Assembly: GCA_002269645.1 (NCBI GenBank)
Contig: NIVC01002450.1
Span: 108,525-172,524 of the forward strand
DNA length: 64,000 nucleotides
Source: Macrostomum lignano
Lineage: Eukaryota
Direction of reading: 5' to 3'
Shown here: positions 25,001-36,677 of the stretch, one piece after another
Layout: every line of letters starts with the position of its first letter
How positions within the stretch are numbered: the stretch's first letter is position 1
Position numbers and translations under genes: made by a program
The notes under the pieces: generated by a model
Databases searched by the model: none
Seen by the model: only the letters and a program-made list of their open reading frames with translations
Told to the model about the DNA's origin: nothing

Positions 25001-26085
25001 CGAACAAACGCTTGAACGCAGCCAACATGGCCGTACCAGGCGGCGTAGTGCAAGGCATTCCAACCAGCCGGATCTTTGCCCAACGGGAAGGCGGACTCGC
25101 GCAACAATCTAGTGACACTGTCCGGTTCGTTAGCGTACACAACCTGATGAAGCGGCAGACCGGATAGCCAGTCCGCGCCGCCAGCGTGCGCCTGAAGCTC
25201 CTGCTCGGGGAATAGAGTTGGCGCTAGGCGCCTAGCCCGATCTAATCGAGGCTCCTGCTTGCCAGCAAACGGATTTCGAACAAAGGCGTCAACTCGAGGC
25301 TCGTAAATTGCGAATTCGTCGCCTGCCCACGGGCTGGGCACGAATATGTCAACTAAAGCCGCCTCGCTAGTGTCCAATCTTTCCACTGAGGCTGAGTTGG
25401 GACTGAGAAATCGACGACCGTCCATTGGATAATCAGCCGAGGGTGCCGGAAGTGTGGCCGCGTAAACCGGATGCTGACTGTGCTGCTGATGATGCTGCGG
25501 ATGCTGCGTCTGATGCTGAGGCTGATGCTGTTGGCCAGGGTTCTGATGCTTATTTAGATGCTCCAGGCTGACTGATTTCTGTCTGGCCTCGTTGAAACTA
25601 AACAGCCGGCGTAGGCCGCCGCTGTTCCGGCTTCGTTCCTGCAGCCAAATATAGGCGAATTCTACGAACCGATTAGTCCGGCTAGCGTGGTCCAATTTAT
25701 GGAGCCCCTCGCGCAGCGTCCGCATAGAAACGAATCGATGCTTGCCGCCAATAGGGCTGGCCGCCCGAATGTCAAGTCTGCGATCGCTGGGCAGCAAAGC
25801 GAGCACCAGGGAGCAGCGGTCGCCGACGCCTTCGTCAGTTGCTAAAGCATCAATAAGCAGCTGCAGATTGGCTGACGCGGCCTCATTGCCGGGTAGAATG
25901 GAGCGCAGAAAGCCCTGCACAGCCGACGGTATTTTGCCTGCTGTTGCCCGAACAACAGGCACCTCATAGTGCTGGCCAGCCGGGTCAAGCGGAGCCACCA
26001 GTGTCTCAACACCTTCAGACACAGAGTCTGAACCGCTGTGACGAAGTGCCAGGACGGCTACGTCTACAGTTGATGAGCCTGACAT
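19014..26085 (-). CDS. KRIT1: KRIT1/CCM1 orthologue (N-terminal region, ankyrin repeats, FERM), about 770 aa, 4 exons
   Basis: Exons 26085-24923, 22394-21863, 20913-20524 and 19241-19014; all GT-AG, 2313 nt in frame. Ankyrin WNALHYAAWYGH and GRTALHLA; FERM FTLWVCSQNLRLQLKPMHKP, PKLFLRRN, FFTGQ and VFIGVNDIGLHLL match recalled human KRIT1. Confidence 0.92.
19245..20470. repeat. 23-bp minisatellite (AGATTGATGACACAAATGTGAGC)n filling KRIT1 intron 3
   Basis: About 53 units; the array abuts the acceptor at 19242. Confidence 0.95.
20975..21780. repeat. 34-bp minisatellite (AAGGAACTGCCTGCTCAGGGGGATTTCTGTCAAC)n filling KRIT1 intron 2
   Basis: About 23 tandem units. Confidence 0.95.
22465..24545. 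repeat. 34-43 bp C-rich minisatellite (CAGGATCCGCCCCC[TCCCCC]AACTCTAGCTACAGCCTCAA)n in KRIT1 intron 1
   Basis: About 53 units with variable poly-C length. Confidence 0.95.
24573..24840. repeat. 34-bp minisatellite (CAGGATCCGCTCCTCCTGTTACACTGACCCAACT)n in KRIT1 intron 1
   Basis: About 8 units; shares CAGGATCCGC and CCCAACT with the adjacent array. Confidence 0.95.
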
Positions 26086-26696
26086 TTGAGTGGAGACAGT
26101 TGTCAGTTTTTTTTATTAAAAATCGAATTAGCCACGCCAGTGAGACGGGGCAGCCTTGCTGAAAGTATCAAAGTATTTCAAGTAAACAGAAGTAAAAAGA
26201 AGGCATAAAATCAACAAGGTCTGCATAGAGAAAGGGGAGTCAATATCATCCCCTAGAAATCAGCAGAACATCTTAAATTCATCAAGCCCAACCAACTTAT
26301 CTTGCAATTATCAGTTTGTTTTTATCCTGAACAGCTAGCTTTTAACAATTAAAAGGGACTATCAACTTAAGCTTATCAACTTTTCACAGTTTTTGTTACG
26401 ATGTAAAATACTGCCAGTGTTATTCACCAGCTACTATGTAAATAGTACTAGACTAGCAATCTAGTGCCCCCTTTGGGGTGCCCAATAAGCAAGGAGCAAA
26501 AATGATTCATGGAAAACAATTAAAAAAGAACATTATCTTAAGAACCAATTCCCTTCTTTAGTTTTAAAAATCATCTTATTCAAATAAAACTGTCACAGAC
26601 AGTTATCTTATTCAAATAAAACTGTCACAGACAAAGATGTTTGCTATGAATCTCTTTTTTTCTAAAAGTAACAAAGACACAAAATAAAGCTTTTGA

Positions 26697-27856
26697 TGTA
26701 ACCACACTCTGGTCGCGGGGTCTGGTGGGGGAAACTTTTCGGAATCTCCCAGATCTCCTTTGATCCACTGAGCAGAGCTGTAGAGACTGGGCCAGGTCTT
26801 TGACCAGGCCAACTGACTCCCGCTCTGTTGCGTCCCCCTGCTGTCTCGTTTCTGTCTCCCACTCAGCCACACGTGCCTCTCCCCGTTTCCCATGCGCCCC
26901 ACACCATTTATCATGTACCTCTCCTGTTTCCTATCTTTTTGTCGTGCTTCAGCACGTTTTTCTTGCGCTGTCCCCTCCTCAACCCATGCTTACTTATAGT
27001 ATTGCTTGGGCTTACCGTCGCCCCATCTCCTTCTAAAATCCCAAACAGTCACGAAGGCTTCTGACCCTCCTTCACCCCGATGACTCATCACCCCTCTTGC
27101 GCAACCTTTTCTCATGCCAAGATTTCTCATGTGACACCCACCCCTTCTCTGCTCCTATTGTTCTCGTTTTCGCACCTAATTATCACATTTTCCCCGATTT
27201 TCTCGTTCTTTTGTTCTCCTTTTTGCACCCAATAAGCACATTTTCTCCAATGTTTGTTTTTCTATTGTTCTCATTTCTCCCCAATTATCTCCGATTACTA
27301 TTTCTTTGTTCTTGGTCTGAATCCTATTGTTCTCAATGTTTGCTTGAGCAACACTTCTTCGACCCCCCGCTGTGCTCATTTCCCCCCACCCCTCCTCCAG
27401 ATTGCGCAATTTTCCCATATCTCATGTTGCTATGGCATTCTCATGCTTCATATCATGACTCATTCTGACATCATTTCTCCGGCAGCCAATCAGAGAGAGG
27501 GAGTCATGGAAACGACCTTGGAGCGGCGGTCACGAGGACTATTTAAGGAAGTGATTTTCGGCATGAGAACCTCCATACTGCGTCACCTCTTTGAAGTTAT
27601 CCTTCTCGTCCTATCTTTGGACTTGTTGTCCGACGCCAGTCTGATCCCCCCCATTCGTCTATAGGACAAACCTCTGCCGGTCCGCGGTCTGATACCGCCA
27701 AGTTCCCTTAGCTCCCCAAGCGAGCTCATCTGCCGGACCGCGGTCTGATACCGCCCAGCATCCTCAGCATCACCTGAGCTATATCAGCACCTCGTCACCT
27801 TAGTGCTTCGCCGCTTCACTACCTGCCTGTCTGCAGTCTATAGCCGCCCTAGGTCA

Positions 27857-27930
<74 letters not shown>

Positions 27931-28330
27931 AGCTGCCAGTGGGTTCCTATACTGATTTGTACTCTAATTGCCTTTGCTTATCCGGGGTTTGCTTGTTTCC
28001 CATTGTTTGATTAGAGAACTGAGCCAATTGTGTACCATACCTTTGCTGTTTCTTTATTCAATTGTGAAGCTGCCTAATTGCATGTTTATTTTGCCTAAGG
28101 GCCTAATTTTTAACAATTACTAAACTCCTCATTTTTCACACATTTACCATCATTTCACTCATGGCTTACTGAGCCTTTCTCCCTGGGTGGCAAAGCATAA
28201 GAAAGTTTGGGTAAGCTAATGGCCTCTCCCCGTGCAAAGCCTACCTGTGTATGCATGCTGTGGGTCCATATGTGCATGCAATAGAGGGAAATAGTGGGTC
28301 ATGGCACAGAATGGCTGCAGGAAGGTTGCA
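26697..28330 (+). mobile_element. Possible solo LTR or LTR-like remnant
   Basis: Starts TGTAACC and ends GGTTGCA. Contains CCAATCAG and CTATTTAAGG, a duplicated TCTGCCGG(T/A)CCGCGGTCTGATACCGCC and a (CT)n tract. No TSD found. Confidence 0.3.
27864..27926. repeat. (CT)n microsatellite
   Basis: About 31 CT dinucleotides. Confidence 0.95.
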
Positions 28331-28649
28331 ACACCCTGCTTACATGTCCCTTTGCCCTGAGCAATCTAAGCTATAGCTAGTACATGTTCATCTCACACTA
28401 CTTTTAATAAAGTAATTGAAGCCGCAAGTCCGCCTTATTCACAGCTACAAAGGATCCCCTGCTGAGAAATCTTCCAGAGCAAGCATCCTCCCAGATAGCA
28501 AGCATCCCCCAAATAGTAAAGCATCTTCTAGATAACAAGCATCTACTAGACACCAAGTAGCTAATGCAAATATTTTTCTACTAATACAATAATTGCTTTC
28601 TTAGGTAGTACAATAATCTATCTCAGCCAATGCAAAAATCTCTTCTTAT

Positions 28650-28915
28650 CAAGTGTAAAAATTGATGTTTCAGCTAGTGCAATAGTCCTTTTCTAAGATA
28701 GTGCAATAATCCTGGGTGTGTCAAGTGCAATAATAATTGGTTTATCAAGTGTAATAATTCTTGGCTTATCAAGTACAATAATCTTTGGCTTATCAAGTGC
28801 AATATTCCTTGGCTTATCAAGTGCAATAATCCTTGGTTTATCAAGTGTAATAATCCTTGGTTTATCAAGTGTAATAACCCATGGTTTATTAAGTGCAGAA
28901 TTACTTGTTTATTAA
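28650..28915. repeat. Degenerate 24-bp minisatellite (TTATCAAGTGCAATAATCCTTGGT)n
   Basis: About 10 diverged units. Confidence 0.85.
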
Positions 28916-31235
28916 GTGCTTGGTTTACTAGTCCATTAAAAAAACTTTTAATAAAAAAATTTATACTAAGATTTTAATCCAGGTTGCTATATTAGCAATT
29001 TATTTTGTTTACATGTAGGCTAGCTCTCATTGAATTTATAAATGAATTTGTAGCATTAATAATTCAATACTCATACCAAGTCAATTATGACATAATCAAT
29101 TTGTCAGGCAAGTCAGTATTAGTCTCTATTAAAGTTAGCAATTTGGTTACATAATATAAAACAAGTCTTGTTCTATGTTTCCTAACTGCCTTTTCAATAC
29201 TCTGGCACAATTCAATTCAGTATAAAAATTCAGCCAATATATAGATTAAATATATAAAGTCTAGCGTAATACAATCTATTTCAAAATTAGAATTTAACCA
29301 ATCAGTTTTTTAGCATTTATATAATACATTTCAAGTTAAAAAAGCTGCTTGACCTTTGCAAATATTTAATCCCTTTAGCATTGAGTAATTTTTTAGCCAC
29401 AATGCATGTACCATCCCAGAAATTTTTTTATTGAATGGTATACATTTGAAGAAAATTGGTTGAACCATTTTTTCTAAATGATCACACACCCATTTATCTA
29501 CTTATCCAGATAGATAGAAAGATACTAATAGACCATTTTTAGTATATGGAATATAGATATTTACATACTAATAAAAATACATAACTGATAAATAGTTTTT
29601 TATTTTTTATAATGATTAATAAGTTAAAACAACTAAGGTAACTGAAGCATAGGCATGATTTATAGATGTTGATAGCTATAGCACCTCGTTATTACTATTA
29701 ATTATGCAAAATAAAAAGGGTGTTTCAAAAGAAACAATAATTAGACATATTATCCTTCAAAATAATAGATTCTGTTCAAATATAGGCAAACTAGGCAAAC
29801 TATAGCTATATGTAAATAATGTAATATGTAATGTATTATAGTGTTTAACAACAGTATTCATTTTATTTATACCATGTTAATAACAACAATATATTTAGAT
29901 AGTATAGTACCATGAAAAATCTTAACATTAGTTACAGTAGACACAGTAGACTAAGACTATTAGGTAGAATTAAAATACACAAATGTGATATCAGATCGAC
30001 ATTTTCTCTATAACTCAGGTCAGAAATATATTTATAAAAAAAGAAATAAAACTTTGTCTTAGATACTAGGGGCCCTAGGGCCTAGGATCATGTTGCTAGC
30101 ACAAGCGCGAAGCGCGACGGACGCCGGCAGGGATCTCAATTATTCCATAGAAACTGCTAATTTTAAATTTCATTAAGTTTATGTGTTAGCAATTACTTGA
30201 TTGCTTGGACAAAATTTCAAATTAAACTGTTAGAATTCTGTTTTTTTGTATAGAAAAATAAATAATACTACCAAAATAAAATGATATAGTGATTTATATT
30301 GTTTATTTATGTTTTTTCTAGAAAAGCTTCGTCACTTTAAAACTTTGAAAATGTGACAATAACGTCACTTCATATACTTTATTCTTCACAATCTTTACAT
30401 TAATCACAATGATATTTCAGTATATAATTAACCTTAACAATAAAATAAATCAATAACGCTGCCACCAAAATGTAAATAGCAGCAAATTGCTGCTGCGAGA
30501 TGACTGAATATTTGTTAAGCTTCAGCTCGCTACTTCTGTGGCCCTGACACTGACACTAAGTATAATATAACTAGAAGCTAGAACTAGAAGCGATTTTCAA
30601 TGTCTTCTAACCAGTGGTCCCAGGATGGCGAAGTGGCGCGAATGCGCGAGTTTTTCTGCTGTGGCGCGAATTTTTTCTAACTGAGTGGCGCGAATTTTTT
30701 CTAACTGAGTGGCGCGATTTTTTTGCAACTGAGTGGCCCGAATTCTAGTGACTTACCACTTACGCGATTCTTTGTGACTGGGTGATGATGAAAGTAGGTG
30801 ATTGTGCATTCTATGAACTTCTCTACAAAACATTGTATCACTGTTATCCATGTCCTTGCATATGGGCGCATGTTTGGCATGAGGTTAAGTGAAAATGATG
30901 CAAATTCTTGCTCAATAATATTTAGCAATTCCAACTGAAGATATATGGCTGTATGAATTAATTGAGCAATTGCTTAGGAGTTTTAACTTAGAATCTGAGG
31001 TCGAGCAACTGCTCGAACTCGAGTAAAAACTCAGTTGAAATTTGAATAAAGCCTTCCAAATCATTTATCCATGTGCAAATGTTTACTTTATTTATGCTGA
31101 ATCTTTTAGCCTAGTCTCAGCAATAGTTCTTCTATTCATTGGTCTATACAATCCTAGATTAGATGAGATGTACATTATGTTCAAGTTAACTTAATAATCA
31201 TCTTTCTAGTTCTATTTTTCAGCTTCTATTCATCA

Positions 31236-33626
31236 ATGAAACCCAAAAATGTTGCCTGGAGCGACGAATGGCTTAAAACAGCAGACAAGAATGGAGACAT
31301 TATTTCACTGTGGGCAAGGCGATGTGACCCCAGCCAGAAAAAAGTCCACTGCAACTGGTGCAATGTGGACTTTGTTTGCCACAGTGGTCTGACAAATTTA
31401 AAGAGCCACTCCGAATCCGGAAAGCACAGACGGGTATCTCTAGCGAAGAAAAACTGCGCACCTCTTCCTGTGCAGTATCTTCCACGTGACCCTGATGGAG
31501 CTACAGGAGCTGCACCTGTTCTTGGAAGTGCAGCCAGGACTGCTGAGATTCGCTGTGTCACCAGAAGTGTGTTAAAATTGCACAGCTTTCAATCTGAAGA
31601 CGATCTCGTTGATGACTTGCGGGCAATTTGCCCGGACTCCAAGATTCCAGCGCAGATGCAGCTTGGGGCCACTAAGGTCTCCTACTTGTTGATTGACGCA
31701 CTATTTCCATATGTCCGAGAGTCTATTCTTACTGAGATTCGTGAAGCCAGCTTTTTTTCGCTGCAGGTCGACGAGGCCAACAAGGGAGTCAAGTTCCTCG
31801 GCATCGTTGCCCGCTATCTCCCAAAAGATTCCTTCCATGTGAAGGTTGTTTGTATGGATCTGCTACTACTGAAATCAACTACAGCCGAGCAGATAGCTAC
31901 GACGATTTCGGAAGCAGTTTCACAATCAGGTCTTGCAAAGGAGAACTGTCTTGCGGTGATGTCCAACAGTTGTAATACAATGCGCGGTTCCAAAAGTGGC
32001 GTTGTGGTGCGGCTGAAAAATGATGAGGGTTTGTCCAACGTCATTGACCTGGGTGGCTGCTCTCTACATCACATCGCTAACGTTGCCAAGTATGCCTGTG
32101 CCGCTGCTGATCTGGGTGTCGAGACCGAAGACCTGGTCAAAGAAATTTACTGTTACTTCAAATTTTCGAATATGGAGCAGGGCAATTTTGACGATACTCT
32201 CTCTTCAAACTTCATGGCCATCAAGAAGCTTGCGTTTCTTCGGCCAGTAAACACTCGTTGGCTTCAGGTGGTGCCAGTGGTGGAACGCGTTCTCTACCTA
32301 TATGAGCCACTGGTGAAATTCTTTGACTGCAAGGCCAAAAATTGCCCCAGCTCTGCCAAAATCAAGGCAACATTGCACGATGCTAAGACCAAGTTCTTCC
32401 TCACCTTTTTGGCAGAAGCCCTAAAGCCACTTCAAGAGTTTGAGCTTTTATTTCAACGCGAGAGCTCTCAGATCCATTTGCTGCACAGCCTGATTTTGGA
32501 TCTCATGAAGCGTTGGCTTCTGCGGTTTTTGAAGCCGAGTAAACTTCCAGAAAAGTTCTGGACAGTTGAGTTGACCGACTTGAGCGATTCGACTGTTTGG
32601 CTTTCGCCATACAATGTTGTAATGGGCGATCCAGCCAAGCGACTCTTTGTTGAGCTCTCTGCAGATGACCAACAAAAATCATTTGAGTCGATGAAGCGCT
32701 TTTTCAAGGCTGGTACGCAGAAGCTTCAGGAATACCTACCATTCAACAGCACCTTTCTCTCGGCCTGCCAAATTCTCGATCCAAAAAATCAGCAGCACAC
32801 CAAATTCGTCAAGTGGGTCCGGTTCTTGGCGCGTCATCTTCGGAGCGTTTTCAAGGACACGGACATTGGTTCTCTCGAAGTAGAGGCTCGACTGCATTAA
32901 ACCGAAATTGATTCCACAGCCAATGCCGATTTGGACATTGTTACATTCTGGCAAAGACTTTCCGAGCAAGTGGGGGACAAGCGCCCTCTACTGATTCGAC
33001 TTGTTCGTGCACTTCTAATCCTTCCTCATGGAAATGCGGAAGTTGAGCGCGTCTTTAGTACTTTGAGTGACACAGTCACAAAGAAACGCTCAGTTTTGAA
33101 ACCGGAAACAGTCAGGGCATTGGTTGTGGCTCGTTCCTGCCTTCAAGCTCAACAATGGACTGCAGCTACTCTGCCAGTGACTTCTAGTCTGATCAATATG
33201 TGTAACAATGCCTACGCCAGCTACCGTCAAAGACTTAAGGATGATGCAGCTCTTGAGGAGGCACGCCGTGCAAAGGAGCTCGCAGAGTCGCTTACTATTG
33301 AAGTCCGAGCCGAGAAGCAGGCCAGTGAGGCCATTTCTAATCTGCACGAGAAGTTAGAGGAGAAGGACAAAGAAATTGAGACTAAACTTAGGGAAAAGGA
33401 TGTCGCCCACTAGCTGCTGCTGGATGCTCAAAAAGCTGAGGAGAAACGAGAACGAGAAATCGAGATGCTGCGACAGGATCGCGACAAACTCCAGAGGCGC
33501 AAAGAGAAGGAGGCAGAGCGTGTGACTGACAGTGTGCTAAAGCAAAAGGCATGCGAGCTGGCAATGGCCAGTTCGGAGGCTTCTACATCGGTGAAATCGC
33601 TTCCCAAAATCCCGAAGCGTCTATGA
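31236..33626 (+). pseudogene. hAT transposase (BED finger, DDE, dimerisation domain) broken by two in-frame stops
   Basis: BED-like CNWC...H...H, QVDEAN, CSLH (CxxH), NTRWL and NAEVERVFS. The frame stays open through TAA 32898-32900 and TAG 33411-33413 to TGA 33624-33626 (797 codons). The second catalytic D position reads N (AAC 31965-31967). Confidence 0.88.
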
Positions 33627-33710
33627 TTTTCCTTATCTCTAGCTGATTTGACTGACTGCGCACTTTTATTTTACTAATATTCACTTTTTATATTAGGGTA
33701 CGTTCACTTA

Positions 33711-34090
33711 CTTCTAGTTAGCACTAAGCCAGCACCATAGCAACGAGGGGTTTTCCCTTGGATACGTATCTTTCCTTAAGTGCGCCAGCTGGCGCTGTGT
33801 GTGCCACATAGACAAACGTTTGTGCCACCTTTTGATGCTGCTTTCATACCTTGAAGTTTAAGTGAGATCCCACAATGATGAAAAGAAAAATGTTTTTTTT
33901 TCGTAATTTTTAAACTTCTACTTTCAGCGCCCAGAAATGTCTATCAATGCCACTTTTTGCCAGAAGGTGGCACACACGTTTGTCTATTTGGCACACGCAG
34001 AGCCTCAGCTGGCACACTTAAGAAAAGATACGTATCCAAGGGAAAACCCTCGTTGCTATGGTGCTGTGCTGGCTTGGTGCTAACTGGAAA
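33711..34090. mobile_element. MITE-like inverted-repeat element nested in the hAT 3' region
   Basis: About 120-bp imperfect inverted arms at 33711-33832 and 33964-34090 (e.g. GCACCATAGCAACGAGG..TTTTCCCTTGGATACGTATCT vs AGATACGTATCCAAGGGAAAACCCTCGTTGCTATGGTGC). TSD not resolved. Confidence 0.7.
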
Positions 34091-35717
34091 TAAATTATCA
34101 CTATTGAATACTTGTTCTCTGTTACTGTTGCATTCAATCTTATTGAAACTTACTCCTTCATTTTAACTATACTGTAACACTGCACCATCTTTGATTTACC
34201 ATCTTTGTGCTGAAAACTAGCGTATAACTGGAATTTTATTTGTGTGAAATTTTTGTTTAATATGTTTTACTGTTGTGAGCGCTTTAAGTGCCGCCGCCGT
34301 ACATCCTGATGTTGAGGTGAAGAATACGTATCTATGAAAGTGCATTAAGCTAAAAGCATTGGCATGTTCTGAACTTTTGAAGCTTTGAACTTTGAAGCCT
34401 GCAGGCAAAAATATTTGTTGTCTTATTGCTACTTTTGCTCAGCGCGAATTCTGGCGCGAATTTTTTTTCATGGCACGAAAAATCATAGACATCATCGCTG
34501 GGACCACTGCTTCTAACGAAAATGCATGAGATTCCAAAATTAATATAAATAGGCCTATTTGTGTACAAGTACTTCTGCTTTACTGATCTGGATGCTGCTG
34601 CTAAAAGCCAGTTTGACACGTTGAGCTGAAACTTAACAACAATGGTATACCAACAACAATATTTGTTTTGGACAGTTGTTATTGTTTCGGTGACTGTGCA
34701 AATAACGAGACGGTTATTTTTAAAGTTAACACATAAAAATGCCATCTAAATAAGTGACAGTTGATAAGCAGTGCAAATAATAAAAGGCTAGAAAACCAAC
34801 TATCAACATTTGTAAGTCAATGCATTTCGCACTCCATGGGGCATCTTCAGTTTTATTTTAATAGAACAAACAAAAAACTGAGGCTGGCGATAATAAATAT
34901 TTGTGTGTTAAGTTTAAAAAATAAAGAAGCATGTTAGGCCTAATTAGGGGATTAGGCCTGGTTACTTATATTATATAGGGGCCTATGTGGTCACTGGTTA
35001 GATTGTCATATTCCATTTTGTCATATCAAATGACAAAGTGACCAAAAGCAAATAAGCTTTGAAAAATAATATGACAATGTGACTAAATATTTAGTTATAC
35101 TAGATACTTTATTATCAACCAATCAATCTGTGTAAGATTTGAGTAGGCCTAGGCCTAAGTGTAAACTATTTTTGTCTTTATTAACTATAAGCTGCGGCAA
35201 GCAAAACCAATCAATCAACTTGACAGGTTTTATCAATCAAGATGACAAAATGACTGGGATCATTAGGATTCCAAGTAAATATGTTTAATTGCCACATTAA
35301 TTCACTTGGAAGTTGGAACTAATATAATTAGTGGATGACACAAAAACTCTCTTTAGTTAGGTAATGCATGTTAATTAAGATGACAAAGTGACCCTAGTTG
35401 AGGTGAGCACCCAAGACATCCCAGATGATGAAATGGCAGATGACAAAATGACTAGTAACTGCTTATGTCACTGACTTTAGTAACTTTAAGCTTACTTACA
35501 TGATTGTTAACTATTAGGCCTAATGTAAATAAACTTTCTGTCTTTCTTCATGATTATAAAAATAGCTGTTTTGTTTCCCTAGGCCTATGTATAGTGATTA
35601 TAGAAATAACAATTTTGTTATTTATTTATATGGTTAAATTTAGTTTAATTAGTTTAGTTTAGATAGTGTCTTATGCATTGAAGATAAAAAACTATTTAGC
35701 TATTTATATAATCACTA

Positions 35718-36677
35718 CGAGGGTCATCCCAAAAGTTTCAGCAAACGCCTATTAATTTTCAACAAACGAGTGTCAGAACAATGAACATGTCAAAAACCTT
35801 CAAAATAACTTCTGTTGACTTGAATTGTGCACTCCTAGCAGCCAGGCAACTTCTGAATGCTGTCAGCAGCACCGGATTCGCACAGGTCTTTTGCAATGTG
35901 GCTGACCTTGCTGAACAGGTCATCAGGGCAATGAAAACGACGCCCTTGGAGCTGGTTCTTAAGCTTCAGAAAAAGGTCAAAATTGCAGGGACTGAGGTCT
36001 GGGGAGTAAGGAGGATGAGGCAGCACCTCCCACTGGTAGTCCCACAGTAGTTCCTGCACAATGCGGGCTGTGGCGAACTGGCATTGTCGTGCAGAAGGAG
36101 TGGACCAAGTTCCAGGGTCTGTGGCCACTTTTTATGCAAGGCAGGCTGAAGATAGTGAATAATGAAGCTTGACGAGGGGATTCCGGACAGCTTAGCCATT
36201 TCTTCGCATGTCTTACGACGATCGATGTTCAGCAGCCCTTGGATCAACTCGATGTTCAACTCTGTGTGAGCTTCTTTTGGCCTTCCTTGTCCTCGACATC
36301 ATCCTCGATATCAGAGTGGCCATTCTTGAATCGACTGTACCAGTCATACACGGCTCGCTGGCTCATCGCATTTGGCCCATGGGCCTGCAGCAACTGACGG
36401 TGAATTTGAGCTGCAGGGACACCATGAAGACATTCCGTTTTAATGTATGAGCACTGCTCCAAGTTCAATGGAAATTCCATTTTATCGTTGTCGGCCAATG
36501 TTTGATTTAGTATCTCATAAAATGTTCTTTAGAAAACAGAATTTTGAAGCTAGAATGCTAAAACTTACTCAGACACCCGAAATATGCTCATCTTTCGTGT
36601 GGTATAAGTGTTATAGTCCTAAAAGTTGTCTATGGCACAAAATCATTTGATTGCTGAAACTTTTGGGATGACCCTCG
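35718..36677 (-). mobile_element. Mariner transposon, internally deleted, 960 bp
   Basis: TA flanks and TIR CGAGGGTCATCCCAAAAGTTTCAGCAA at both ends. Frameshifted transposase fragments: HTH (AAQIHRQL...VYDWYSRFKNG), LLLHDNA and HPPYSPDLSPCNF. Confidence 0.92.

Larger units (their letters stand above)
30612..34509 (+). mobile_element. Full-length hAT DNA transposon, 3898 bp
   Basis: TIR CAGTGGTCCCAG at 30612-30623 and its reverse complement at 34498-34509. Perfect 8-bp TSD CTTCTAAC (30604-30611, 34510-34517). Subterminal TGGCGCGAA repeats at both ends; internal transposase. Confidence 0.95.

Noticed and set aside
30100-30130. GCGCGAAGCGCG hairpin reminiscent of Helentron/DINE termini
   Set aside because: Isolated 12-mer; no matching subterminal repeat or second terminus found.
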